From positions 1,995-65,994 of the forward strand of contig CAYUWC010000002.1 in the NCBI GenBank assembly GCA_964448355.1: DNA of 64,000 nucleotides, read 5' to 3'. The notes under the pieces were generated by a model, which was not told where the DNA came from, made no database searches, and saw only the letters and a list, made by a program, of their open reading frames with translations. Source of the DNA: an uncultured Oscillospiraceae bacterium. Lineage in GTDB: Bacteria; Bacillota; Clostridia; Oscillospirales; UBA644. Numbering within the stretch: position 1 is the stretch's first letter; each line of letters opens with the position of its first letter. This document shows, piece by piece, positions 18,759 to 28,711 of the stretch. Both the position numbers and the translations under genes were made by a program.

Positions 18759-20779
18759 AAAAACCGTCAAGAATAATCGTGATATTGGCGATATTCCTGT
18801 TGATAATGGGAATATTTGTTTTACAACTGATAAAGCTTCAGTTGATTGACGGAGAAGAATATCTTGAATCTTCGAGAAACAGTGTTATAACAAAGACAAA
18901 AGTAAAGGCGTCGAGGGGCGAGATACTCGACAGGTATTGCAGTCCTATCGTTCAAAACGCATCGGTAATGACGGTCGAGTTTAACAGAAGCATTATAAAA
19001 GATCTGAACGAAACGATAAACTCGGTCATCGACATTTTCGAAAAACACGGAGAAGAATATACGGACAATTTTCCGATCTCGGAATCGGAGCCGTATATAT
19101 ATTACGAGAATTATCTTGCTTCGACGTCGAAGGTCTCGGCATTTTCGACATGGTTAAAAAACAAAAAGATCGACACGAACATCACAGCCGAGGATGCGCT
19201 TACCGCGCTTATAAAGTACTACAAGCTGTCGAATTACTCAGTCGAGCGAGCAAGAGACATAATAGCTGTTCGTTACGAGATAGAAACGAACAGTTCCGGA
19301 TATTTTTACACATTTGCGCAAGACGTCGGGCTTGAGACTGTTACGGAAATAAAAGAGCGAAGCTCGGACCTTGCGGGCGTTACGGTCGAAATGGAAAGCA
19401 AAAGATCGTATGTTAACGAGCGATTTGCGTCCCACATAATAGGCTATATCGGTAAAATATCCGCAGAAGAATACGAAAATCTTAAAAGCGAAGGATACTC
19501 CATAAACGACACGGTCGGCAAAGAGGGTATCGAAAAGATCGCGGAGGACTGGCTGCGCGGCACAGACGGGTACAAATACGCGCAAACGGACAAATCGGGC
19601 AATGTTATCGACATAATCGAAGATGTTGAACCGATAGCGGGCAAAGACGTTATATTAACAATCAGCACCGATATGCAAAAAATAACCGAGGACGGGCTTG
19701 CGCAGATAATCGCAAAGCTCAAAGAGCAAAACGGCGAAGACGCCGCAACATCGGGTGCCGCGATATTTATGGACATACACACCGGAGAGATCCTTTCGAT
19801 GGCGTCGTATCCGACGTATAATCTTGCAACGTACAACGAAGATTTTTCCGTTTTGTCAAAAGACCCCGGAAAACCGTATGTTAACAGAGCGATATCGGGG
19901 CTTTTCCCTCCCGGTTCGACGTACAAAATGGTAACCGGCGTGGCAGGGCTTGAGGAAGAGATAATAACTCAAAAAACGAGCTATAAGTGCAGCGGATACT
20001 ACACATATTACGAAACATACCAGCCGTCGTGCTTTGCGTATACGGCGCACGGCGATGTGAATATATTAACGGCGTTAAAAAAATCGTGCAACGGATTTTT
20101 CTTTGATGTCGGCAGACTCTTAACTATCGATAAGCTCAGTTATTACGGTTCGCTGTTCGGATTCGGACAGAAGACGGGAATAGAGCTGCCGGGCGAGAGC
20201 AAAGGCGTGCTTGCAAGCAAAGAATATCTCGAATCGCTCGGTGAAACTTGGCAGGCGGCGGACACGATCCTTACGGCGATCGGGCAGTCGTACACGACGG
20301 CAACGCCGTTGCAGCTTGTAAATTACATTGCGACGATCGCAAACGGCGGCACGAGATACAAGCCGTACATTATCAAAGCCGTGCGTAACAGAACGACCGG
20401 CGAGATCGAAAGCGAGACGGAGCCGACTGTTTTGGCGGAGCTTAATTTAAAGCAGTCCACCGTTGACGCCATACTTCTCGGAATGAAAATGGCGGCAATG
20501 GAGCCGGGCGGTTCGGCATATTCGGGTTTTGAGGATTTCAAAATAACGACGATCGCCGTAAAAACGGGCACGGCGGAAACGACGGGGATCCCGACATCGT
20601 TAATGATCGGAGTGGCGCCGGCGGAGGATCCGGAGATCGCGTTTGCGATAGTAATCGAACACGGCGGTCTGAGTGCGTCGCCGATCAATGCGGAGCTTGT
20701 AAAAGATGTTCTTTCATACTATTTTTCTAAAGAAGACAGATTTATTTCGGCGCAGACCGAGGGCGAGCTGTTGAGCTGA
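18752..20779 (+). CDS. mrdA: penicillin-binding protein 2 (class B transpeptidase)
   Basis: 675 aa with an N-terminal TM. GAAIFMDIHTGEILSMASYPTYN, the SxxK motif in PGSTYKM, and KTGTAE are present. It follows mreD. Confidence 0.9.
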   Translation: MVEKPSRIIVILAIFLLIMGIFVLQLIKLQLIDGEEYLESSRNSVITKTKVKASRGEILDRYCSPIVQNASVMTVEFNRSIIKDLNETINSVIDIFEKHGEEYTDNFPISESEPYIYYENYLASTSKVSAFSTWLKNKKIDTNITAEDALTALIKYYKLSNYSVERARDIIAVRYEIETNSSGYFYTFAQDVGLETVTEIKERSSDLAGVTVEMESKRSYVNERFASHIIGYIGKISAEEYENLKSEGYSINDTVGKEGIEKIAEDWLRGTDGYKYAQTDKSGNVIDIIEDVEPIAGKDVILTISTDMQKITEDGLAQIIAKLKEQNGEDAATSGAAIFMDIHTGEILSMASYPTYNLATYNEDFSVLSKDPGKPYVNRAISGLFPPGSTYKMVTGVAGLEEEIITQKTSYKCSGYYTYYETYQPSCFAYTAHGDVNILTALKKSCNGFFFDVGRLLTIDKLSYYGSLFGFGQKTGIELPGESKGVLASKEYLESLGETWQAADTILTAIGQSYTTATPLQLVNYIATIANGGTRYKPYIIKAVRNRTTGEIESETEPTVLAELNLKQSTVDAILLGMKMAAMEPGGSAYSGFEDFKITTIAVKTGTAETTGIPTSLMIGVAPAEDPEIAFAIVIEHGGLSASPINAELVKDVLSYYFSKEDRFISAQTEGELLS

Positions 20780-20855
20780 AAAAGCATTGAATTAAAGATA
20801 AATCATTAAATTTTAAAGATAATTATGTTTTAACAAACGGAGAGGAGCGGAAGAA

Positions 20856-21608
20856 ATGGGAAAACTGATAGTTGTTGCGTCCGGCAAAGGCGGAGTTGGA
20901 AAAACGACGCTTTCGGCTAATCTTGCGGCGTGTCTTTCGGAGCGCGGAAACAGAGTGCTTGCGATAGATTGCGATGTTTATCTGAAAAATCTCGATATAG
21001 TTTTCGGGGCGAGCGACGAGCATATATGGGACGCGGAAGATGCTTTTACGGGCAGATGCACTGTCAAAGACGCTATCGTGCGTGTTAACGGAAGAGAACG
21101 TTTGAATATGTTGCCCGCACCGCTCAAAGTTCCGGAAGACCCGGACGGACTGAGTGATTTTTTGTTAAACACGGCAAAAAAGCTTCTCGGCGATAACGAA
21201 TACGATTACGTGATCGCAGACTGTCCTTCGGGGATCGGCAGAGGCGTCAACTGTTTTTTCACGCGCGGAAGTCTGGTGATCGTTGTGGCAACGCCGGATG
21301 TAACATCTATTCACGATGCGGAGAAAGTTGCGGCGGCGGCATATGAAAAGGGCGCAGACACGGCGCTTGTTGTTAACAGGATAAAGGCGAAAGCGATCGA
21401 AAGCGGGACGGCTCCGGACATAGACACGATAATAGACAGGGTTTGCGTAAAGCTGATCGGACTTATACCGGAAGACCCGAAAACGTCGGAAGCGTTAAAC
21501 GCGGAAAGACTTGTTGTTGAAACAAAAAGAGCGCGCTCAAAACGAGCATACGAAAACATTGCGTCACGAGTGGACGGCGAGTTTACGGAGCTTTACAGGT
21601 TTTGGTAA
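20856..21608 (+). CDS. minD: MinD/ParA-family P-loop ATPase (MinD-like)
   Basis: The deviant Walker A SGKGGVGKTT is present, and LAIDCDVYLKNLDIVFG, DYVIADCPSG and VVNRI are collinear with B. subtilis MinD. The protein ends ~18 aa short of the MinD C-terminal amphipathic helix. Confidence 0.75.
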   Translation: MGKLIVVASGKGGVGKTTLSANLAACLSERGNRVLAIDCDVYLKNLDIVFGASDEHIWDAEDAFTGRCTVKDAIVRVNGRERLNMLPAPLKVPEDPDGLSDFLLNTAKKLLGDNEYDYVIADCPSGIGRGVNCFFTRGSLVIVVATPDVTSIHDAEKVAAAAYEKGADTALVVNRIKAKAIESGTAPDIDTIIDRVCVKLIGLIPEDPKTSEALNAERLVVETKRARSKRAYENIASRVDGEFTELYRFW

Positions 21609-21626
21609 AACAGGAGGAAAAAGATA

Positions 21627-22058
21627 ATGAAAATTGCACTCATTGCACACGACAAGCGAAAAGAAATGCTTGTACATTTCTGTGTGACGAACTGCAGCAC
21701 ATTTGCAAGACACACTCTGTGTGCGACAGCCGTAACGGGCAAGCTTATTTCGGACGCTACGGGGCTTGAGATCTACCGTTTTATGAGCGGTGTTCACGGC
21801 GGCGATCAGGAAATAGCGGCGAGAATAGCGAACAAAGAAATAGATGTACTTTTTTTCTTCCGCGATCCGAGCCTTAATGAAAAGGATAAGTTTGACAGTG
21901 CGACAATATTGCGGCTTTGTGACGTACACAACATACCAGTAGCGACGAATCTTGTTATGGCGAATGTTCTTATAAAGGCACTCGACAGAGGCGAGCTTGA
22001 AAAGAAAGATCCGCCTGTTTTTACCGGTACGGGCAGACGTAGAAGAAACATATATTAA
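21627..22058 (+). CDS. mgsA: methylglyoxal synthase
   Basis: 143 aa. MKIALIAHDKRKEMLVHF, GGDQEIAA, LFFFRDP and CDVHNIPVATN are present. Confidence 0.9.
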   Translation: MKIALIAHDKRKEMLVHFCVTNCSTFARHTLCATAVTGKLISDATGLEIYRFMSGVHGGDQEIAARIANKEIDVLFFFRDPSLNEKDKFDSATILRLCDVHNIPVATNLVMANVLIKALDRGELEKKDPPVFTGTGRRRRNIY

Positions 22059-22082
22059 CGGAAAATCCTTGGAGGAAACACA

Positions 22083-23330
22083 ATGGCGACGATAAAAGCT
22101 CCGAGGGGAACGAACGACGTACTTCCCTCGGATTCATTTAAATGGCGGTACATTGAGGCTGTTGCGGACAGAACTGCGCTCTCCGCCGGATATAAAGAAA
22201 TACGGTTCCCGACTTTTGAAGAGACGGAGCTGTTTTCGCGCGGTGTAGGCGACACGACGGATATAGTACAAAAAGAGATGTACACCTTTGACGACAAAGG
22301 CGGACGTTCGATGACGTTACGTCCGGAGGGCACTGCGTCGGCAGTTCGTCTTTCGCTCGAAAACGGGCTTTTGGGCGGTGCATTGCCGTTAAAGCTGTAT
22401 TATAAAATAAACGTATTTCGTTACGACAAGCCTCAGGCGGGAAGATACAGAGAGTTTAACCAGTTCGGCATGGAGCTTTACGGTGCGCAGTCTCCTTTTG
22501 CGGACGCAGAGCTTATCGCAATGGCGCAAATGTTTTTAAAAGAGCTTGGAATAAACGGTATCGGGCTGAAAATAAATTCGATAGGTTGTCCTGTATGTCG
22601 TGCGAAGTATCAGGAAGCGTTAAGGGAGTTTTTTGTTCAAAACGAAGGCGAGCTTTGCGAGACGTGCAAAGGCAGGCTTCAGCGCAATCCGATGAGGATA
22701 CTTGACTGTAAGTGTCCCGTATGCCGCAAGCTTGCGCAGGACGCACCGAAGATCACGGATTATTTATGCGAAGAATGCGAGGAGCATTATTCCTCGGTAA
22801 AAGACGCACTTTGTTCGATAGGCATTGATTTTGAAGAAGACAGCGGTCTTGTTCGCGGACTTGATTATTATACAAAGACGGTTTTCGAGCTTATCGATCC
22901 GAACACGGGGCTTGCGGTCGCTGCGGGCGGCAGATACGACGGATTGATAGAGGAATTGGGCGGCAAGCACACGCCGGCTGTCGGTTTTGCGAGCGGAATA
23001 GAGCGTCTTTTCCCGTTGATACCGGATTTCGGCACGGAGCCTACGGCGGACATATATATAGCGTCGATGGGTGATGCCGCGACGAAAAAGGCGTTTACGA
23101 TCGCGGACGGACTGCGTAAAAACGGCGTGAATGTCGAAACGGACCTTATGTTAAGATCCGTAAAAGCGCAAATGAAATATGCGGACAAGCTCGGAGCGCG
23201 GTATACTGCGGTAATCGGGGATTCGGAGCTTGAGACGGGTAAAGCCGAGCTTCGGGACATGAGCTGCGGAGAGACAAAAGTTGTTGATATCAACGACATT
23301 GAAGCATTAACCGCCATATTGAAAATATAA
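22083..23330 (+). CDS. hisS: histidine--tRNA ligase
   Basis: 415 aa. PRGTNDVLP, LRPEGTASAVR, FRYDKPQAGRYREFNQ and GGGRYDGL are present. Confidence 0.95.
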   Translation: MATIKAPRGTNDVLPSDSFKWRYIEAVADRTALSAGYKEIRFPTFEETELFSRGVGDTTDIVQKEMYTFDDKGGRSMTLRPEGTASAVRLSLENGLLGGALPLKLYYKINVFRYDKPQAGRYREFNQFGMELYGAQSPFADAELIAMAQMFLKELGINGIGLKINSIGCPVCRAKYQEALREFFVQNEGELCETCKGRLQRNPMRILDCKCPVCRKLAQDAPKITDYLCEECEEHYSSVKDALCSIGIDFEEDSGLVRGLDYYTKTVFELIDPNTGLAVAAGGRYDGLIEELGGKHTPAVGFASGIERLFPLIPDFGTEPTADIYIASMGDAATKKAFTIADGLRKNGVNVETDLMLRSVKAQMKYADKLGARYTAVIGDSELETGKAELRDMSCGETKVVDINDIEALTAILKI

Positions 23331-23383
23331 CTTCACATTTATGACGAATAATTATATTAAAATTATATAAAGGATGTTTTGGT

Positions 23384-25150
23384 ATGTATATAAATCGTAC
23401 TGATTACTGCGGAAATTTCAGCATAAAAGACGCAGGCAAAAAAATTACCGTTGCAGGTTGGGTACAAAGAAGAAGAGTGCTCGGCGGCCTTATTTTTATA
23501 GACTTAAGAGACAGAACGGGTATTTTGCAGCTCACATTTGACGAGCAAAACTCAAAAGAGCTGTTCGACCTTGCATACACGCTCCGTTCGGAAGATGTTA
23601 TTTGTGCGGAGGGAACGGTAACGCCGCGCGGCGAGAATGCCGTAAACAAAAACATGGCGACCGGCGAGATAGAAGTTTCCGTTGAAAGCTTAAAAGTTCT
23701 CGGCAAGAGCGAAACACCGCCGTTCGAGATCGTCGAAAACTCGAACGTAAACGAAGAGCTTCGTCTCAAATACAGATATCTTGACCTTCGTCGTCCCGAT
23801 CTGTTGAAAAATCTTTTGTTCAGAAACAAGCTTTCGAAGCTTACACGTGATTATTTTTACGATAACGGTTTTATTGAAATAGAAACTCCCATGCTCATAA
23901 AATCCACTCCCGAGGGTGCGAGAGACTATCTTGTGCCGTCACGTGTTCATCCCGGAGAATTTTACGCGCTTCCGCAGTCTCCGCAGTTGTACAAACAGCT
24001 GTCCATGGTAGCGGGTTTTGACCGATACATTCAGATCGCGCGTTGTTTCCGTGACGAGGACCTTCGTGCGGACAGACAGCCCGAATTTACACAGATCGAT
24101 ATGGAGATGTCGTTTGTTGACGTGGAAGACGTGCTTAAAGTCGGCGAAGGCTTTATGCAGAAGATATTCAAAGAAATGCTCGGTGTTGACATACAATTAC
24201 CTCTCAAACGTTTGACATATGCGGAAGCGATGTCGAAATACGGTTCCGACAAGCCCGACACACGTATCGGCATGGAGATACACGATCTTTCGTCCATTGT
24301 GGAAAAATGCGGATTTTCGGTATTTACCGGTGCGATCTCCGGCGGCGGCAGCGTAAGAGCGATAAATGCGAAAAATGCAGCCGACAAGCTTACGAGAAAA
24401 GAGATCGACAAGCTTACGGAATATGTTAAAGGCTGCGGCGGCAAGGGCCTTGCGTGGATAAGGCTTACGGAAGACGCAACGAGCTGTTCTTTCGCGAAAT
24501 TTATGACGGATGACGAGATGAGCGCCGTTCTTTGTGAAATGAACGCCGAAAAGGGCGACGTTATAATGATAATTGCCGACACGAACAATGCCCACGTACT
24601 TTCACAGCTCGGTATGCTCAGGAACGAGACGGCAAAGAGGCTCGGTATCAAGCCTGAGGGTTGGGACCTGATGTGGATCACGGAAATGCCGTTCTTCGAA
24701 TATGACGAAGAGCTTGGCACATACGTTGCAATGCATCATCCGTTCACGGCACCGCTCGACGAATGTCTCGATTATCTCGAAACGGACAAAGCGAGAGTAA
24801 GAGCAAAGGCGTACGACCTTGTTCTTAACGGAATAGAGCTTTCGAGCGGTTCGATAAGAATAACCGACCCCGTACTTCAAAAACGTATCTTTGCGCTGCT
24901 CGGTCTTTCCGACGAAGAAGCGTACAAGAAATTCGGATATCTCACGGATGCGTTCAAATACGGCGCACCTCCGCACGGCGGCATGGGTATAGGTCTTGAC
25001 AGACTTGTTATGCAGCTGCTCGGTGCAGACAGTCTTCGTGATGTTATAGCATATCCGAAGGTACAAAACGCATCGGAGCTTATGACGGACTGTCCGTCCG
25101 CTCCCGATCTTAAACAGCTTGGCGAATTGCATCTTAAAATTGTTGAATAA
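23384..25150 (+). CDS. aspS: aspartate--tRNA ligase
   Basis: 588 aa. It has an OB-fold N-terminus, then FYALPQSPQLYKQLSM, ARCFRDEDLRADRQPEFTQID and GAPPHGGMGIGLDRL. The hisS-aspS pair is conserved. Confidence 0.95.
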   Translation: MYINRTDYCGNFSIKDAGKKITVAGWVQRRRVLGGLIFIDLRDRTGILQLTFDEQNSKELFDLAYTLRSEDVICAEGTVTPRGENAVNKNMATGEIEVSVESLKVLGKSETPPFEIVENSNVNEELRLKYRYLDLRRPDLLKNLLFRNKLSKLTRDYFYDNGFIEIETPMLIKSTPEGARDYLVPSRVHPGEFYALPQSPQLYKQLSMVAGFDRYIQIARCFRDEDLRADRQPEFTQIDMEMSFVDVEDVLKVGEGFMQKIFKEMLGVDIQLPLKRLTYAEAMSKYGSDKPDTRIGMEIHDLSSIVEKCGFSVFTGAISGGGSVRAINAKNAADKLTRKEIDKLTEYVKGCGGKGLAWIRLTEDATSCSFAKFMTDDEMSAVLCEMNAEKGDVIMIIADTNNAHVLSQLGMLRNETAKRLGIKPEGWDLMWITEMPFFEYDEELGTYVAMHHPFTAPLDECLDYLETDKARVRAKAYDLVLNGIELSSGSIRITDPVLQKRIFALLGLSDEEAYKKFGYLTDAFKYGAPPHGGMGIGLDRLVMQLLGADSLRDVIAYPKVQNASELMTDCPSAPDLKQLGELHLKIVE

Positions 25151-25193
25151 AGTAATGTTTCAATAACGAATATATTTAATTGGAGAGTTTTCG

Positions 25194-26300
25194 ATGATAA
25201 CGGTTTCCGGCTTAACGAAGCGATACGGCAGCAAGATAGCGGTCAACAATGTCAGCTTCACGATCAATCAAGGCGAGATCGTCGGTCTTCTCGGCCCGAA
25301 CGGTGCGGGAAAGACAACGACGATGAACATGATAACGGGATACATATCTTCTCACGCGGGTAAAGTATCCATAAACGGGCACGATCTTCTTGAAGAACCG
25401 TCAAAAGCAAAGGAGTGCTTCGGATATCTTCCGGAGATCCCCCCTCTTTACCATGATATGACGGTTCGGGAATATCTCAGTTTTGTTTACAATCTTAAGG
25501 GTTGCAGCAAAAAAGAGAATATAAAGAAGAAAAAGGAGCATATCGCCGAGGTTTGCGAAGTTGTTAAGATCACGGGCGTATATAACAGGCTGATAAAAAA
25601 CCTTTCAAAAGGTTACAAACAGCGTGTCGGCCTTGCACAGGCGCTTATCGGGGACCCTCCGATCCTTATTCTCGACGAGCCTACCGCCGGTCTTGACCCC
25701 AAGGAGATCGTTGAGATACGAAATCTTATAAAACGTCTCGGAACGAGGCGAACGATAATCCTGTCCTCGCACATTCTTTCGGAGGTACAGGCTGTTTGCG
25801 AGCGTATAATAATAATGAACGAAGGCTTTGTCGTTATGGACGCGCTTGCCGATGATCTTACGATGCGTATGGGTGCAAACAGCAGATACGGCGTTCGTCT
25901 TGCGGCTCCGGAGGACGCGGATGTTATCGGGGTTCTCGGCTCTCTGCCCGGAATCGCAAAGATCGAATATATCGGCTCGTTTGAGCAGGGCACGTTCGAT
26001 TTTATAATCGAAGCCGAGAAGAAAACGGATATCCGCCGTATACTTTTCGACGAATGCGCAAAGAGAAACTGGTATATTTTGATGATAACACCTCTCGGTA
26101 TGTCGCTTGAAGACATCTTCCTGCAGCTTGTTTCTCAAAATGACGAGCAAAGGGCGCTTGCCGACAAAAAAGACGACAAGAAAAAGAAGAAAGATACAGA
26201 TAAAGAGGATATGACGGAAGCTCAAACAGAGCAAACCGATCCCGAAAACAATGATACGGAAGAACAAAAGGAGGAAGCAAACGATGACGGCAATAATTAA
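25194..26300 (+). CDS. ABC transporter ATP-binding protein (GldA-like, ABC-2 subfamily) with an acidic/lysine-rich C-terminal tail
   Basis: Walker A GPNGAGKTT, signature LSKGYKQRV and Walker B ILILDEPTAGLD are present. The last ~60 aa are low-complexity K/D/E-rich. Confidence 0.9.
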   Translation: MITVSGLTKRYGSKIAVNNVSFTINQGEIVGLLGPNGAGKTTTMNMITGYISSHAGKVSINGHDLLEEPSKAKECFGYLPEIPPLYHDMTVREYLSFVYNLKGCSKKENIKKKKEHIAEVCEVVKITGVYNRLIKNLSKGYKQRVGLAQALIGDPPILILDEPTAGLDPKEIVEIRNLIKRLGTRRTIILSSHILSEVQAVCERIIIMNEGFVVMDALADDLTMRMGANSRYGVRLAAPEDADVIGVLGSLPGIAKIEYIGSFEQGTFDFIIEAEKKTDIRRILFDECAKRNWYILMITPLGMSLEDIFLQLVSQNDEQRALADKKDDKKKKKDTDKEDMTEAQTEQTDPENNDTEEQKEEANDDGNN

Positions 26301-26988
26301 ACGAGAGCTTATCTCATTTTTCAAAAACCCGATCGGTTGGTTTGTTCTTGCGATATATTCTTTCCTTTCGGCGATACTGTTCACTCTTTTTGTTATTTGG
26401 CAAAACACGAGCTATCTCGGAGACTACTTCGGGTTCTGGCTGTTTTTTGTTGACATGGTAGTTGTCGGCATACTTTCGATGCGCTTTTTCAGCGAAGAAA
26501 AGAAAAACAAGACCGACCAATTGTTGTTAACATCGCCGATAAATCTTTATCAGCTCGTTTTGGGTAAATTTTTCGGCGCACTTATAATCTTTTTGATCTG
26601 CACGTCCGTAAACTTGTTTTACGTGCTTGTCGTAGACATTTTCGGAACGGTCGATTACGGTTGTCTTGCGACGAATCTTATCGGCACGGTACTTGCGCTT
26701 TGTGCGATAATCTCGATAGGTCTTTTCGTTTCCGCACTGACGGAGAGCGCCGTTGCGGCTGCGGCAGGTACGATGGCGATACTGTTTTTCATGTTCGTTG
26801 TCGACTTTTTCGCAATGTTCTTCCCGACGTGGCTTGCAAATATTTTAATGTACACAAATATTTATGCGCAATTCGATGATTTTACAAACGGTATTCTTAA
26901 TCTGCCCCCGATCGTTTATTATATCTCCGTAACGGTAATATTCTTGTTCCTTACGGTAAGAATGATAGAAAAACGCCGTTGGAACTAA
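26284..26988 (+). CDS. ABC-2-type transporter permease (GldF-like)
   Basis: MTAIIKRELISFFKNPIGWFVLAIY is the typical N-terminus, and the protein has about six TM helices. I prefer the ATG at 26284; the track ORF starts at 26251. Confidence 0.75.
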   Translation: MTAIIKRELISFFKNPIGWFVLAIYSFLSAILFTLFVIWQNTSYLGDYFGFWLFFVDMVVVGILSMRFFSEEKKNKTDQLLLTSPINLYQLVLGKFFGALIIFLICTSVNLFYVLVVDIFGTVDYGCLATNLIGTVLALCAIISIGLFVSALTESAVAAAAGTMAILFFMFVVDFFAMFFPTWLANILMYTNIYAQFDDFTNGILNLPPIVYYISVTVIFLFLTVRMIEKRRWN

Positions 26989-27001
26989 GGAGGTGCAAGA
27001 G

Positions 27002-28711
27002 ATGTCTAACGAAAATATTAACGAAAACGTAAATGCCGAAGCAAACGAGAGCATTAACGAAAACTCAACCGTTGAATCAAACGAACACATTGACGAAACC
27101 GTAACCGTTCAAGCGGAAGAAGTAACGAAAGTCGAACAGCCCGAGCAAGGTCCTGTCGCCGCTCTCGGCGGAAACGTATCGGATCAAAAAATACCGAGGA
27201 TAAACAAAAACAAGCTTAAATTCGGTTCTCTTGCGACCGTTTATACGATTCTTTTTATCGCGATTGTCATTGCGGTAAACGTTGTTATAAATCTTGCGGC
27301 GGACAGATTTACGTTAAAAGTGGACCTGACGTCCGAGCAGGTGTTCACTCTCGATCAGGAAACGCTCGATTTTCTTGCCGAGCTTGATTCGCCTGTTGAA
27401 ATAATCATTCTCGGCGATGAGCAAACGTATCGCTCCGCTACTTCAACATCGGGCGCTATTGCGCCGACGAGGTATGTTGTTGAAACGGTCGATAATTATA
27501 TAAGAGAGAGCGAAAATGTGACGGTACACTTTGTTGACCCGAGATATAATCCCAACTTTTTCAAGACGAGAAACATCACTCTCGACGACGGTACGGACAC
27601 GGCGGACAACATTTTTCTTGTTGTTTACTCGCCCGAAACGCAGAGATATCGTTTTATAAAAGACACTATATTCGACAATCTTATGTATGTCGGTCTCGAA
27701 AGACGTCTGACAGCGGGAATGTTGTACGTTACGGTCGAAGATATCCAAACGATAGCGATCGTAAAAGGTCACGGTGAGGAAACGTTGCCGTACTTCCAGG
27801 AAACGCTCAAAGACAACGGTTTTGATGTTAAATACATCACGATCCAGGAATTTGACGAGATCCCGGACTTTGTTTCGATCCTCGTTATCAACAATCCGAC
27901 AAGATCGTACAGCGACGACGATATCAACAAGATCGACGCATGGCTGTCAAACGACGAAGAGCTTGGGCACCATCTGATGGTCTTTGCAGATCTTGATATG
28001 CCGAAGAATCAAAAGCTTGAGGATTATCTTGCGGAGTGGGGGCTGTCGCTCGGTACGGAAAACGTATTCGACTACAACAACAGCTATGCCTTTACGAACG
28101 CATCGTATCCGCTTTTGAAAGTTACGTATGCCGATGATGCGACAACGCTTGCGGAAGATCTTGCGCGTGAGGGTTATTATCAGTTTGTTCAGCTCGGCAC
28201 GGCAAGAGCCGTCAACCGTCTTTACGAAAGCAAAGACAATCGAACGACATACAGCGTAATCGAAACTTTCGATACCGCATTTTCAAGATATACGGCGTCC
28301 ACAACGCTTGCTCCCTCCGATTGGAAAAACTTCAAAAAAGAAGATACCGACACTGTAGGTCCGTTCGATCTGAGTGCGATCTCCCGTCAGGTGCGCTACG
28401 AGGGAATGACGGAATTTTCGTCGAGCGTGTACCTTTGCGGCTCGACATCTTTTGTTGACGATTATTTTATCAGCAATATTGACGGTAACAACCAACAAAC
28501 TGCGGAATTTATGATAAAGCTGTCTAAATTCCTTGTTGCATCAAAACAATCTTACGATACGAATATTTTGCCCACGCAGCTGATCTTCGACACACTTGCG
28601 TTTACGACAACGACGGAATTTATAATTGTTGTATTCTGCCTTTTGATCGGCATTCCCGCGCTCTTGGCGATAACGGGTATAGTAGTGTGGAGAAAGCGTA
28701 AATTCTTATGA
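27002..28711 (+). CDS. GldG-like ABC-transporter auxiliary protein (large extracytoplasmic domain between N- and C-terminal TM helices)
   Basis: Its position after the GldA/GldF-like pair, an N-terminal TM (LATVYTILFIAIVIAVNVV) and a C-terminal TM (IIVVFCLLIGIPALLAITGIVVW) support the call. AAGGAGG lies 8 nt upstream of the ATG at 27002. Confidence 0.6.
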   Translation: MSNENINENVNAEANESINENSTVESNEHIDETVTVQAEEVTKVEQPEQGPVAALGGNVSDQKIPRINKNKLKFGSLATVYTILFIAIVIAVNVVINLAADRFTLKVDLTSEQVFTLDQETLDFLAELDSPVEIIILGDEQTYRSATSTSGAIAPTRYVVETVDNYIRESENVTVHFVDPRYNPNFFKTRNITLDDGTDTADNIFLVVYSPETQRYRFIKDTIFDNLMYVGLERRLTAGMLYVTVEDIQTIAIVKGHGEETLPYFQETLKDNGFDVKYITIQEFDEIPDFVSILVINNPTRSYSDDDINKIDAWLSNDEELGHHLMVFADLDMPKNQKLEDYLAEWGLSLGTENVFDYNNSYAFTNASYPLLKVTYADDATTLAEDLAREGYYQFVQLGTARAVNRLYESKDNRTTYSVIETFDTAFSRYTASTTLAPSDWKNFKKEDTDTVGPFDLSAISRQVRYEGMTEFSSSVYLCGSTSFVDDYFISNIDGNNQQTAEFMIKLSKFLVASKQSYDTNILPTQLIFDTLAFTTTTEFIIVVFCLLIGIPALLAITGIVVWRKRKFL

